DNA from: Lama guanicoe
Lineage: Eukaryota
Assembly (NCBI GenBank): GCA_013239625.1
Contig: MU053652.1
Location: 8,343,499 to 8,407,498, forward strand
DNA length: 64,000 nucleotides
Direction of reading: 5' to 3'
Shown: piece by piece, positions 50,300-64,000 of the stretch
Layout: every line of letters starts with the position of its first letter
Position numbering within the stretch: position 1 is the stretch's first letter
The notes under the pieces: model-generated
What the model was told of the DNA's origin: nothing
The model's input: the letters and a program-made list of their open reading frames with translations, nothing else
Database searches by the model: none
Position numbers and translations under genes: made by a program

Positions 50300-52650
50300 A
50301 TAAAAATAGCACATAAAGAAAGTAGAAATTAAAAGGTTTTTCCAAATATAGGGAGTTTTAATTCCTCCAGGAAGAAAAAGGCATGGGGTTTTAAAAAAGC
50401 AAAGTGCTTTTCTTAATGAAGTATGGTGGTATAGATATTGGGAGCAGGAAGAGGAAGATCTTTAAGCCAAATAATAAAACATATTGTATATCATACATTA
50501 CTGTGGCTGCAAAAAAATAATGGAGGCCCTCAAAAGAGGAATATGGTGAAGGACCAGCAAGAATCTAGAGACTTAGGCAAGGACTGAAGGTGGCAACTGC
50601 TAATCCCTAGAGATATTGAAATTTTCTTTTAATAAGTACACTGGTTACAAGGGACGGGAGACAAAGCTAGGAGCCAAGCAAGTCAGGGCTTGAATGGAAA
50701 ATTCCATAGAGTTAGGATCTCAAAAGGCTATATTCTCAATGAAAATGAGAGAGAAAAAAAAACCACCCTATTGAGGGAAACGTCAAGGGAAATTTAATGT
50801 TTTGGCCTATGCACTTGGTGGAGAATGTAAAATCTTTGAAAATTCATAACCATGCAGGTTAGGAGGCTTAAGTCGCAATATCAGTGTGCGTGTGCAGGGG
50901 ACATTAATCTGAAGCTTTATTTTAAAACAATCCTAGGTTGGTAGATTCGCCAAGTACCTGGCAAAAGAAAGAACACCTTCTTCAACCTGGAGCTCAATGA
51001 ATTTCTAAGATTTTAATCAAAACTCATAAGTTCTGCCAAGACGTAAATCATGTTGTGCAAGAGACAACATAAACAAAAGAAATAGAACCCCATATACAAA
51101 GACAAGAGATACTCTAATTATCAAGTAAAGAATATAAAATGAAGAAGCATAATGTTTGAAAATATGGAAGAGGATAATGGAAGTATAATAAGTATGGTTG
51201 GCAGAGTTCTAGAAATGTCGCCCCAGATTTCTGTCTCCTGGTCATGTAATCAAACACTAATCTAGGTACTACTATACTACTATGAAGGATTTTTCAGATG
51301 TAGTCAGGATTATTAATCAGATGATGTTAAAGTAGGGAGATTATCCTGGACTATCCAGGTAGGCCTGATGTGATCACATGAGCTCTTTAAAGCAGAAGAG
51401 GAAGGCAGAAGAGTCTGGTGGGTGTGATGGGACAGAATGGGAAATCAGAGAGATTTGAAACATGAGAACTACACCCATTGTTGCTGGCTTTGATGATTAA
51501 AAAAATCACAAGCCCAGGAATGCAAGTAGCCTTTAGAAACTGAGAATGACCCCTGGCTGAAACCCAGCAAAGAAATAGAGGCCTCAGTCCTACAGTTGCA
51601 TGGAGTTGAATTCTACCAACAATATAATAAGCCTCGAAGTAGATTCTCCTTAAGAGCCTCCACTAAGGAACACAGCCCTGCAGACACCTTGATTTTAGCC
51701 CAATGAGGCTTGTTTTGGACAAGTCTATTAATCTACAGAGCTTTGAGATAATGAGTATTGTTTTAAGCCACTACATTTGTGGTAGTTTGTTATAGCAACA
51801 ATAGAAAACAAATTCAATAAGGAACAACAGACTGTGAAAAGTGACCAGACATTTATGAAAAGATGTCAGATAGACATTTTAGATAGAAGAAGTATAATGA
51901 TTCAAATTAAAAACTTAATGAATAGGTAAAATAGTACACTGTACAAACCAGAAGAGAAAGTGTATGAAGTTGAAGACATGGTCTAAAAAATGATTTAGAA
52001 TGCAACCCAGAGATGGACAAACAAATGACTCTGAAAGGGAAGTTAAGAAAAATGCAAGCTAGAATGATAAATGAAACATACGTTCAGTCAGAATTCCAAG
52101 AGTAGAAAATAAAAAGAATGAGGGAGACACAATCATTGAAGACACAATGGGTGAAAATTTTGCAATACTAATGAAAGAAGCTAATCAAGATTTGCAGGAA
52201 GCATGATGAAGCCAAAGCAAGATTTTAAAAAAGGAAATCTACCTTTACCTATATAATAGTGAAATAGTGGAACACTCAAAAGAAAGAAAAGAAACAGAAG
52301 ACAGACTACATATAAGTGATGACAATTAGACCACGACCACCCTCTCAAGAACGGTTTGAAACAGTTAAGCGTCTTCAAGTGCTAAAATAAAGAGCTATCA
52401 TTGTATGCCTAGAAAATCTGTTTCAAGAATGAAGGAAAACTAAGGAATTTTCAAACCAACAAAACTAAGAGAGCTTACCACTAACCGAAGCTCATGAAGG
52501 TACTCCTAATGCTTGTGTCAAAGGAAAAAGAAAAATAATTCAAGACAGACGTGTGACACAATAAGGAATGGCGAGTAACCAAATTGCTAAACATATGGCT
52601 TAAAAAAATACAACTCGAATGAAAATACTGAAAAAGCATAAGATACAAGT
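50300..52650 (+). mobile_element. old L1 5'UTR/ORF1 region (L1M-type), split by an MLT1 LTR
   Basis: A-rich decayed ORF1 (acaatgggtgaaaattttgcaatactaatgaaag..., caaaactaagagagcttaccact). Confidence 0.65.
51193..51816 (+). mobile_element. MaLR solo LTR (MLT1D/E-like) with perfect 5-bp TSD ATAAG
   Basis: agggagattatcctggactatccaggtaggcc...ttttaagccactacatttgtggtagtttgttatagcaacaatagaaaac; ATAAG at 51188-51192 and 51817-51821. Confidence 0.9.
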
Positions 52651-54679
52651 TCAGAGAAGACAGAGTATTCTAATTTAGCTCTTAAGCATCCATTTTCTTC
52701 ACGGCACAACACTTAATCTAACTAAATCAAAGTCAATTTAGTCATTTGTGTTTTTACTGATTTCAGAGTTTAACTTAGTCAACTTAGGCTTTTGTTTTTT
52801 AGATTCCCTCTCTTACTCCTTTCTTCTTGCAGTTTTTATCTAAGTTCTGTGAATCTTACATATGAGACTCGCACCAGATGGGTGAGATGCATCTGGTCTT
52901 TGTGATTAGCAATTGTCTATGTTGGCTTCCACTGAGATGTACAATCCTCTGAAATGTATGGTTCCTGTTGGTTTTATCATCCACTTCTGATTCCAGAATC
53001 TGTTCCTGCTCTCTGGCTCATGCCCCTCACGTCATGCCTGAAATCAACACCTCTTCATCACAGCCACAAGTCCCACTGACCCACCCCTTTAAGGGCTTAG
53101 GGAACTTTTGATACCCTCTGTACCTCTCTTGGATCCTAGGAGTCTTGTCATTAACCCACTCCACTGCAGGTCTTCCTGTTAAGTGCAAGAGAGAGGGAGC
53201 CTGAAGCTCAGATCTTTCTTGAGAAGAGTCGGTATATTAATTAATGCATGGCAAAAAATAGCTGATGTAGCCTGTGGCCACAAAACAGCATATCCGCCGA
53301 GCTCAAGTTGAGACCAAAACCATTGTGTCTAGAACAGTGCTTAGAAGCATCAGATTTGGAGACTGACTTCCTCTGCTCACCACGCCATCCTAAGACATGT
53401 TACCTTACTCTACGTGCTGCAGTGTCCTCATCCAAAAGTGGACCACTGATGGCACAAGAATATCTTCACAGGGTTGATACACATAAAACAGAGATTTCCA
53501 GAGAATGATTTAATTTTTACCCAATTACTTAATTCTTGGTTGAGAGAGAATACTGGAGGTAAAAGAGTGAACAAAGTGTACATTTAAAAAAAATGCATAT
53601 CCATTTTACAGAATTCAGCACACAAAGAAAACACAGGAAATTTAGACAGTGTATACAATACTAAAAATCAAGTTCAATAGCTTATCGGAAGAATGTGACA
53701 TGTTGGTAATGAATGAGCCACTCTATTAAATGATTCTCATCATTAGCTTCCTCTTCAGGGATGTTGAGAAAGCTCAAACCCCTGCGTTGTCAGGGCTCCC
53801 TGGAGCACTGTCTGCAGGGTTGTTGATGGATCTGGACAGCTGTAATTCTGTACACCTGCTAAGCTGAACCTACCCTTTGACTTCCCCTCAACGGCAAGTC
53901 TGCGGCTGGGCCACCGAGTCAGCCTCTGTGCCTCTGTGGTCATTGTTCTATAAAAAGTACATACTGAAGATTACCAAAATGTCAGAAAAGTCACATAGCC
54001 TCTCCTTCATTCAAAGAGCACTAATGTGCACTTGCATCCATGTAATAGCCAGCATTTCCATTATTTTTCTCATTTATTCTAATTGCTTAATTCCATCTTA
54101 TTTTATTTAGTGCGCCTTTCTTTCTTGACACAGTGTCCTTGTTTAAGAGCTGCAGATGTGCTTGGACTCTTCAGAAAAGTCAGAAACTGTGTTTGTTACA
54201 GTGTCTCTAAATTAGTGACCTCTCATAGTGCTTCTACATGAAGAAATTACAAATCGTTTCCTACATCTACTTCATGTGCTATGACCTAGGGATACGTTTT
54301 CAAATGAAACTTGAAAATAACATAACTTATATGTTATGCAATGGTTTTCAAACTCCAAGTCATCCTGAAAGAGAGTGGGGTGGGGGTTGAATTTTAGTGG
54401 GAAAGCTTAGGGCAGAAGAGAGAAGATGTTCTAAAGACATCATGTTTGATCCATCTAAACTTGACTGCCATGAAATCTGTTTCTAGTTTAAAGACTCCAA
54501 TTCTTCAAACAACGTTCTGTCTTTTAGATGTTGGGTTTCCAAACTATCTTCCAGAATCCTTCCTTCCCTCACACTTCTTGAGGGTGTTTATGGATTTTTA
54601 TCACCTTAGAGAATTTAAAAGAAAATGTATACCCACAATGAAACATTGTGAGACTACAACAGGAACTCAATGAACTCTA

Positions 54680-57600
54680 GTCGTAAATGATAAATCATCT
54701 TGGGAAGAGTTGACATCTTAAAATTTTTGAGTCTCCTGACCTATGAACACACTGTCTCTATTTAGGTATTCCTTAATTTCTCTGAGCAATGTTAGGTAGC
54801 TTTCAGTGTACAGTCCTGCTCATCTTTAAAAATATCCATGAGTATTTCATATTTTTGACACTATTCTATTTCATATTTTGATGCTATTGTAAGTGGTTTT
54901 TTTTTTAGTTTCAATTTCTGATCAATAGTTGCTAGGATTTAGAAGTACAATACTTTGGGGTTTTTTTCTATTATTATTCTGTACTCTCTAAGCTTACTTA
55001 TTAGTTTTAGTTCTTTTTTGTAGATTTCATAGGATTTTCTACATAAACAGTAATGTCTTATGTGAATAAAGACAGTGACACTTCTTACTTTTCAATCTGG
55101 ATACTTTTATTTTTTATTGTGTCTTAAGATCTATCCTTATCTTTTTTATCTTCCCTTAGCAATAAAGCCCTTTTTTTTTTACCATTAATTATCAATGTTA
55201 GTTGTAGAATTTTCAGATTGAGGGAACTCTTCTATTGCTAGTTTGTTGAGAGTTTTTTTGTCAGGAATGGATTTTGGAGTTTGTCAAATGTTTTTGTTGC
55301 ATCTTTCAAGAAGATCTTATGGTTTTCTTTTTCAGTCTGTTAACATGCTAAATTACATAGAACTAAACAAACTTTGAGCATGATATATTACACTTTTATA
55401 TATTATTAAATTATATTTAGTAAAATTTTGTTAAGAATTTTTGCATCAATGTTCAGGAGAGACATGGGTCTATAGTTTTCTTTCTTACAGGTTTTTTTGT
55501 TTGTTTGTTTGTTGTCAGATTTTAGTATTAGGGTAATGCTGGCCTCAGAGAGTGAGTTAGGAAGCATTCTCTTCACTTCAAATACCTGGAAAAGTCTGTA
55601 GCATTTGAACCCTCTTAAATCTATTGAGATTTATTTACAACAGAATATGGTTTATCGTAGTAAATATTACAGGTGCCCTTGAAAAGAATATGTATTCTGC
55701 TATTGTTGGGTGGAGTGTTCTAAAATGTCAGTCAATCAAGTTGGTTGATAGAATTTTCAATTATCTTTTATTCTTATTGCTTTTCTCCTTGTTCTATCAA
55801 TTATTGAGAGAAGAATGTTGAAATCTTTGCCAACAGTTGTGGATTTGTCAATTCTCCTTGCATTTTTATTGGGTTTTGCTTTATGTTTTTGAATGTTCTG
55901 TTCTGTACTGTTTTGTTATATTCTGGTATTTGGTTGGTATGTAAACATCTGAAATTGCTTTGTATTCTTTATGAATATATGTCTTTATCACTATATATAG
56001 CTCTTTTTATCAATGTTGATATTCTTTACTCTGAAATACATGGCTATTAATGTAACTATTACAACTTTTTAAAATTAGTTTTATTTTAGTATGATGTATC
56101 TTTTTCCATCTTTTTATTTTCAACCTACAGTGTCTTTATAGTTAAAGCAAATTTCTTGATCCAGCAATCCCACTCCTGGGCATATATCCAAAGGGAACCT
56201 TAATTCAAAAAGATATATGCACCCCAGTGTTCATAGCAGCACTATTAACAATAGCCAAGACATGGAAACACCCTAAATGTCCATCAACAGATGACTAGAT
56301 AAAGAAGTTGTGGTATTTTTATACACTGAAATACTACTCAGCCATAAAAAAGAATAAAATAATGCCATTTGCAGCAACATGGATGGACCTGGAGATCAGC
56401 ATTCCAAGTGAAGTAAGCCAGAAAGACAAAGAAAAATATAATGTGATATCATTTATATGTGGAATCTAAAAAAAAAAGGCAAACAAACTTATTTATAAAA
56501 TAGAAACAGAGTCAAAGAAATAGCAAATAAACTTATGGTTACCAGGGAGAGAAGGGAGTGGGAAGGGACAAACTGGGAGCTCGAGATTTAGAGACACTAA
56601 CTCCTATATCTAAAATAGATAAACAAAAAGTTTATACTGTATACCACAAGGAACTCTATTCAATATCTTGTAGTAACTTATGGTGAAAAAGAATATGAAA
56701 ATGAATATATGTATGTTCATGTATGACTGAAGCATTATGCTGTACACCAGAAATTGACACACTGTAAACTGACTATATTTCAATAAAAATATATATACAC
56801 AAAAAAGTGAATTTCTTATAGGTAAAATATAAATTGAATCTTGCTTTTTTGGTTTTAATCAAACATGACAACTATAACACAAAGCTGTAAAGTTTCTACA
56901 GCTATATCTTTAGGTTCACTCTTTCATTCTTTTGCAGTGTCTAAACGTCTGTTAATTCCATCAAGGCTATTTTTCATCTCAAACATTCTAATTTTCAACT
57001 CTAGAAATTTGTTTTGGGTTTCATATATTTTTCCTCTTGCTACTTAGCATACTCAATTTTTTCTTCTATGTTCTTGAACACATGTAATATACTTTTTAAA
57101 TTCTTGATATTTTTGTCTACTAATTTTAACTGCCTCTATTCCTATTGCTTGATTTTCCTCTCTTTTAAGAGCCATATTTTAGTTCTTTTTCTGCCCAGTA
57201 ACTTTTTTCAGCTGAGGGTCAGACATGGCTGATCTATTGTTTAATACTGGATGTATTTTTATTTCTGTAAATATTCTTTAGTGTTATTCTGGGGCACAGT
57301 TACGTTATTTGGAAACAGTTTGCTCTTAAGATTTATTGGGTAAGGCCAAAACTATCTTTAATCTAGGGCTACATTTGCGTCACTGCTGAGGCAGTATTTT
57401 TCTGAGTATTGCACTTGATGCTCCATTAATTTTGAGGTTTTACCCTCTTGTTGGAACATGGATTGCTCCCAACTCTGTGTGAGCCCTTGTGATTACCTCA
57501 TCTAATAATTTTGAATGATTCTTCCCTTACTTTCAGGTAGCTTCCTGATAGGCACGTATTGATCAGTATTCAGCAGGAAAATGGACAGGATTTCTGGAGA

Positions 57601-57950
57601 TCTTTCTGTCTGTGCATGTTTCTCCTCCCTGGTACTCTGCCCGGCAAACAGTAGCCACCTGTCCTCTCCAGACTCCCAACTCCATCTGAGCAACTCAGGT
57701 TATCACCAGGATCTACCTGGATTCCCCCCTTTATTTTTTGGTGCTGCTGCCTGGAAATTTTCCCCATGTTGTAAGTTGGAGCAATCATAGGATGCAACTA
57801 TTTCCTCTCTGCCAGAGATCACTATCTTGTGTTACCTGATATGCAATGTCTGAAAACTGTTATTTCATTAAAAATCTTTCTGTTTTTCAGTTGTTTTAGG
57901 AAGGAGAGTAAATCCTGTTCCTAATGCTGCATCTTGCCAAAAGTGGAAAT
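54680..57950 (-). mobile_element. old fragmented L1 (ORF2 through ORF1/5'UTR pieces)
   Basis: antisense L1 text: gagttgacatctt...gagtctcctgacctatgaac; gggtaatgctggcctca; gaaaagaatatgtattctgctattgttgggtggagtgttcta. Confidence 0.85.
56158..56803 (+). mobile_element. younger 5'-truncated L1 3' end (artiodactyl/camelid type) nested in the older L1
   Basis: gatccagcaatcccactcctgggcatatatcca...atgccatttgcagcaacatggatggacctggag...ctgactatatttcaataaaa; TSD AAAGCAAATTTCTT / AAAGTGAATTTCTT. Confidence 0.92.
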
Positions 57951-59634
57951 CTCAAGAAAAGTCAAATTTAATTATAATCCTTTTTTCTCCTAGTAAATTT
58001 GGAATCAGGACAAGTTGAGTTAATTGGATGACTCTGACGTCTCCAATTTTGATCACTGGTGTATAATGCAGCTCTTAAATAGGAGAGTAAATAGTGGATA
58101 AGGAGCCTCTGTAGTGGCATTGGGAAGTAGAGAGGATTCTTCTGAGTGCAGTTTTGAATTTGTTGAGTTTGAGATTTATTCATCACTTATGTGAGAGTCA
58201 AGAAGAAATGACTAATGGCACTTGAATAAACCAGATGTGAAACTGAGGACAGTGATCACACCTGCATTTCTGTCCACACACGTTTAAAATATGTTTCTAT
58301 AAGATGCAGTGAGTCCAGAGCATACAAAAAAATGTGTAAGAACCTCTTTTCTATTTTTCTTCAACTTCAATACTATGATAGCTACCCGATAGTCATATCC
58401 TGAACTGTTTGTTACATTTTTGAGTTATTATTTTAATTCAGACTGCAAGATTTCATGGCCATGGTTAAAAGCATATTGGGACAAACATAATTTATACTTT
58501 CTGGTTTTATGTAAAAAGAATTAGGGGATGTAAAGGTTTAAATCTTGGGGAAATTGTTCAGAAAATATTTCAACCCCAACATCAGTTCAACCTGAGGAAG
58601 CAGGTCTCTGACATGGTTTGACAGGAATATTTTATCTTCACAGCCACAGGGCTTTTTGGGTGGTTCATCTAACAAGTGTTAAATGAATAATAAATAATGG
58701 CAGGTTATTCCTCAGGGGCTGGGAAGTCGTATTTGACTACAGTCCTTGACATTCCTCTCCATAAACTTTTAATCTCCATCTCAGCTGGGAAAGTAATTAC
58801 TTCCAGTCAGAGATGAGGGTCCACTGGGTGTGAGCACTCCTGTCCTCGGAGAATCTACTAGGTTGCTTTGAGATGCCCTCGCCTTCCTCCATACAGAACC
58901 TACTCACGGGTCCTCCTTAGAATTTGAAAAGGGCCAGAATCCATCATCAGAACTGGAACTTGGCATCTCTGTTATTGCAGCTGTAGTCAGGACTACACGT
59001 GGGATTTAATGTGCCAGATAATTTATACTTTGGGTTAAAGCCAGCTTTATAGGTAATATTTTCCCAAAGGCTAGTGTTACTTGTATTTACTTCCCAATTT
59101 ATTGAAAGCCAGAACTGTGAGGGTTATAAGGAGCCTCAGTCTTCCCCTGGGGAGAGAGGTCCCATTGGTCCCTAATTACATTCCAGCTCCTGCATCAATT
59201 TTCTTTCTCTTCATATATTCACTTGACTAAAGAATGTAAACGGAGAAACAAAACTGCATACAATTCCCTAAAGCGTTTTTGACCATTTTTAGTAACTTGC
59301 CTTTTAAAATCTGATGTGGGTCAAGTACTTTACAGAATATAAAGCAAATTTGCAAGAAAGAGTATTTTTAATCAGTAATCCTTTGTGTATCTTCTGGAAA
59401 AACGGATATGGAAGTCAGAGATGATAACTAAGCGCCAAGTACTAGCTGCTAGATAATATGCCATTGCATCTCGTGCACCCTCCTCTGAACCTGTTTGCCA
59501 AACATTATGGATGTTGAATCAGTATTTAGATAGTTCTGTGTATCCATTAAGAGTATTTCAAGGGGTTTAAAATAGACTTTAAATTTAGATTTCTTTTGGT
59601 GACAAAATAGAGCCAGGCTAGTTTACCCAACTTT

Positions 59635-61105
59635 GAGACATTATACAGATATCGTAACCGAGACTTTATGGTACTGGCAAAGGCACAGTCACATATAATT
59701 GACACAAGATAGAGAACCCAGAACTAGTCCTGTATAAATATGCCTCACTGAATTTTGACTAAGGTATGAAAGCAATTCAGTAGAGAAAAATATCCTTTTT
59801 TAGCAAATGATGCTGGAGTGGTGGACATCCACAAGAAAAACAAAAAACAGAAAATATCCTTGACCTTTAAATGTCACACTGTATACAAAAATTAATGCAA
59901 AATTGATCATAGACTTAAACACTTTAATGTAAAACATAAAATTATTAAAACCTTAGAAAAAAATACAGAAGAAAATCTTCAGGATCTAAGGCTTGGCAAA
60001 GAATCTATAGACTTGATATGAAAGCATAGTCCACAAAAGCAAAAATTATTAAATTGGACATTAACAGTTTAAACCTTTTCTCAGCAAAGAACCCTATTAA
60101 GGGGATGAAAAAATAAATTTTACATAATGAGAGAAAATTTTTGCAAACAACAGGGACTAATTTTGATTAATACATAAAGAACTCTTAAAACTCAATGAAC
60201 AATCCAGTTAGAAAATGGGCAGAAGATAGGAAGATGCATTTCAGAGAGGAGCATATACAGATGTTGAACACATGAAAAGACTTTCAACATTATTAATCAT
60301 TAGGTAAATGCAAATTAAAACCACAATGAGATATTACTACATACATGTCAGATGGCTAAAAAAAAGAATAGTGACTGCCTCAAATGCTGGTGAGGATGTG
60401 AATAAACAATCACTTAGATAATGCTGGTGGGAGTGCAAGTGGTCCAGCCAGTCTGGAAAACAGATTGGCAATTTAAAAAAAAAAAGATCTGAACATGAAA
60501 CTACCCTTTAACCCAGTAATTGCAATTCTGGGCATTTATTTCAGAAAAATGAAAATGCAAAATATTTTTCACACAAAAATCTACATTTATAGCAGCTTAA
60601 TAAAGTCAAAAATTGGAAACAACCCAAATGTCTTTCAAAGTATGACTCGTTCAGGAAATAGTGACGCTTTCATATCATAGAATATTACTCAGCATTAAAA
60701 AAAGAACAAACTTTTGATACATGTAAATTAAAATTAACCTCCAGAGAATTTTGATGAGAGAAAAAAGCCAATCTCACAAGGTTCCAAACTGTATGACTCC
60801 AATTATAGAACATTCTTGAAATGAGAAAATTACAGAAACAGGAAACAAACTGATGTTTGCCAGAAGTTAAGGAGGAGGTGAGGGTGGCATGGAAGCTCAT
60901 GGGGCTATGAAAGGGCAACGTGAACAATCCTCGTGGGAAAGGAATTGTGTTGTATCTTGACTGTGTCAGTGTCAATATCTTGCTTGTGATGTGTTTTACA
61001 GTTTTGCAAAATGGGCAAAACTGGGTAAAAATTATAGGCGATTTCTTTCTATTATTTCTTATAACCTCATGTGAATCTATAATTATGTCAAAGTAAAAAA
61101 ACTTA
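59635..61105 (+). mobile_element. L1 ORF2 3' end plus 3'UTR (L1MC-like)
   Basis: gatagagaacccagaa...; aaatgcaaattaaaaccacaatgagata; tgttgtatcttgactgtgtcagtgtcaatatcttg. Confidence 0.88.
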
Positions 61106-61129
61106 ACTTAGAAGATACATTATAAATAT

Positions 61130-61260
61130 ATTTTTAATATATTTGAAATGTTATAATTTGATACATGTAAACATTGTGGAATGATTACCAACATCAAGAT
61201 AATTAACACACTTATCACCTCACATAGTTAACTTTGTGTGTGTGTGTGTGGTGGGAATGT
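61130..61260 (-). mobile_element. short L1MA-like 3' terminus ending in (GT)n
   Basis: acattgtggaatgattaccaacatcaagataattaacacacttatcacctcacatagtta. Confidence 0.7.
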
Positions 61261-62864
61261 TTTTTTAAAAGTGATCAAAATAGACATTTTTTAAGTGTCA
61301 AGACAGAAAGGAGAAACTCATACCTACTAAGACTACTTAAAATGTTACTTCCAGTTATTCCTGAGGCAATAGGGTGCCTAGTATTATCTTTAAAATCTCC
61401 TCTTGAACTCTAAGCCTGCAAACATTTAGTGTACCCCTTTATTGTCCACATCAATGGAAAAAAACATAAAGAAGACTATAGAAAGCTGGAAGGCTTACAC
61501 ACATTTTCCTGGACAACCAACCTTATTTGTTAAACTATAGCCTTCCATCTTTGTTTCTCACTGAGTTGAGTCCTTTTAAGATCTCAAGTCCAATGCACCT
61601 CTTGAAGTGTTTCTAGTGACACAAGATGACCAGGTGTGCCTTGACTATTTCTTCAGTATCAGTGATGGTTTGCATTATTGAAGTGCTAAGAACTTTGTGG
61701 AGTAGCTGTAAATATGTATTCCTTACATTGTCTAAGGACTCTGTCTACAAAGAGTAAATTAAGGTAAAAACAAATGTGGAGATGGAGGTTGAGACAGCAG
61801 ACGTTATCGACAGACTGGCTCTCAGAGGTACAGACACCACTTTCCAGCTATGCCTCAGCTTTGGTAAACTGAGGCGATGGAAGCAATACTCTGCACATGC
61901 AGGAGTGATATTGAGTCTTGTTTTTCTCTTTTTATTTTTCTTCTTCACAATCCATCTGCTTTTCATTTCCACCATCTGAATGGCTGATGAAGTACCTTTT
62001 TAAAGCACTCAGAATGTCAGTGTGTGAATTGAAAGATGCATCACACCATAATTGCATGTTTTCAAGGAATTTTAACATTGTTCATTTTTATTAGTCTGAT
62101 TAAGTGCCCCCTAAGAGGTAAAGCAACAATATCTGAATTATCAAAGTAATCATCGCCAGCATATCTTCTAACTCTTTTCCATGAAGAAATGTCAGCTTAT
62201 GAATTAGGAGATTTTCAAAAAAAGTGTTGACATTTTCTAATCCCTTTTCTCTATCCTCTTAGAAAAAAATATAACAAATGATGATTTAATAGTGCCTTCT
62301 GTCTCTCCAGTATTGTTCTGAATTCCTACAAAAGAGTTAAAATTCTTGGAAGAGTTAGAAAACCAGCTATTCCCCCTTGTGCAGAGGTTAGAACTAGTTG
62401 TGGGTTGATTCAACCCATTGTACAAAGCATAATTCAAAAGCAAGACCTTGTGGTAGGTTCTAGGATTTCTTCATGAAAATGCATCAGCATAATAAACACT
62501 CTTGTCTCTCTTAGGGAAAAATTTTAAATCAACAATGGTCATGTGTAGAAGACCATTTAGTCCACATTTTCACTTTTGAGATAAATATGAATGCATAAAG
62601 ATCCTTTGTATGAAAAAAGTCATCAATCAGTTGATTTTAAAGAAAATATGACTGGGTTGTTGTTTTGATTGTATGAGTAGAGCTGTGAGAGCCTGGGGGT
62701 GTGGAATTAAGGTGAAGAAAAACATATCTAAAGAATGCAATAGGAAGATTTTTGTACAGTTTTATCTGAATATTACCAAAATGCCTTTGCATTTAGGTTA
62801 ATTGCCAGAGTGCAATTATCTAATTAAAGTCTAGGAAAGTAAAGAGTAAGAGTTAAATTAACTT

Positions 62865-63376
62865 GAAAAGATATATGTGCCCCTATGTTCACTGCAGCAT
62901 TATTTACAGTAGCCAAGATACAGAAGCAACCTAAATGCCCATTAACGAATGAGTGGAGATATATATATATACATATTTACAATGAAATACTACTCAGCTG
63001 TCAAAAAAGAAAGAAACTTGCCATTTATGGCAACACAGATGGAACCTGGAGGTATTATGCTAAGAAATAAGTCAGACAGAGGAAAACAAATACCCTATGA
63101 TCTTGCTCAAATGTGGAATATAAAAAAATTAATGAAATAAATGAAACACAAAGCAAAGCAAAACAAAACCCCACATATATACAAAAAATAAAGCAGTGAT
63201 TATCAGAGAGGAAGAGGCAGAGGTGAAACAAGTAAATGGTGCCACCTGTATGGTGACAGATGGAAACTAAAATTTTGGTGGTGAGCAGGCTGTGGTGTAT
63301 ACAGAAGTCAAACTGTTGTATATGTGAAACATATATAATGATACAATGTTATAAACCAACATTACTGTAGTTAAAG
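62865..63376 (+). mobile_element. L1 3'-end fragment
   Basis: ccctatgttcactgcagcattatttacagtagccaagata...; ORF-track peptide MFTAALFTVAKIQKQPKCP is L1 ORF2 C-terminus-like. Confidence 0.9.
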
Positions 63377-63414
63377 CATTTTTTTCAGCAAAGTAATATA
63401 ATAAAAAAAATTAG

Positions 63415-63620
63415 AGTCAAGAGCATGGTTTTGGAGTAAGAAATATCAGGGCTTGAATATTACCATTTTCTAATTACATTACTTTGGCCCTGTTATTTAA
63501 TTCTTAAATCTCAAGTTTCCCTGCCTGTAAAATGTCATAATAATAGTACTTAACTATTAGGATTATAAGATATAATTCATATATTTAGTTTTCAGGAAGC
63601 ACTCTTAAATAGTCCTTACT
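63415..63620. mobile_element. MIR fragment
   Basis: gagcatggttttggagt...ctcaagtttccctgcctgtaaaatg..ataataatagtac. Confidence 0.65.
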
Positions 63621-64000
63621 ATATATCATTACTGTTTATAAAATGTTTTTTTGCCTATGTGGATAACTGCTTTTACTCAAGAGAAGAATCAGGGATTCAA
63701 CTCCTTTTTTGAATCCTCTTGATAATTTCTTTTAATCTGCTTATTTTCAAACATTTATCTGGACTTCCTTCCGACAAGGATTTCAATTAGAGTCTAGATA
63801 TTTAAATCAAAGAGAAATTTTTTACAAATAGAGGAAGAAAGAATGTAAAGAAAATAAATACGGGAAAGTCAGCTTGAGCTAAATATCTTATGGTACATTT
63901 AAGATATTTTCCATATTGTCATGTGTCTTTTTATCTTGGTAATATAGACGATCTCATCCTTAATGACATTAATATAATTGTTAAATGCCTGGACTGTTTC

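Noticed and set aside
52873..52897. Hairpin ACCAGATG...CATCTGGT as a possible small RNA
   Set aside because: An 8-bp stem is expected by chance in 64 kb, and there are no other ncRNA features.
62885..63140. Short ORFs with protein-like text (MFTAALFTVAK...; also 60495)
   Set aside because: Remnants of the L1 ORF2 C-terminus, not host genes.
1..64000. A novel multi-gene system, CRISPR array or prokaryotic-type elements
   Set aside because: The window is one spliced mammalian gene plus interspersed repeats. I found no repeat-spacer arrays, operons or second coding gene.

Overview
AT-rich mammalian genomic DNA, most likely camelid (two tRNA-derived SINEs resemble the camelid Vic-1 type). The window holds exons 3-15 of SLC13A1 (NaS1, Na+/sulfate cotransporter) on the + strand, from 1342 to the stop at 47487. 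Exons 1-2 lie upstream of the window. The 13 exons join through GT-AG boundaries into 1554 nt with no stop or frameshift (517 aa plus stop), so the gene looks intact. The rest is intronic and intergenic DNA full of L1, HAL1, L2, MIR, MaLR-LTR and SINE remnants. Most ORF-track entries are spurious. I see no evidence for a new multi-gene system. The most notable points are small-scale: (1) the ancestral exon-6 acceptor reads AT and appears rescued by an in-frame AG 6 nt downstream; (2) Ser sits at the position of the human hypomorphic N174S variant; (3) exon 11 has an atypical GTTGAGTAT donor; (4) there is a CpG-rich patch over exon 8; (5) intron 8 has a GATA/HNF4/CDX motif cluster; (6) there is a palindromic CTCF-like site; (7) a candidate 1.2-kb solo LTR carries an antisense exon-like cassette. 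Human comparisons and repeat family names come from my recall, not from searches, and repeat boundaries are approximate.
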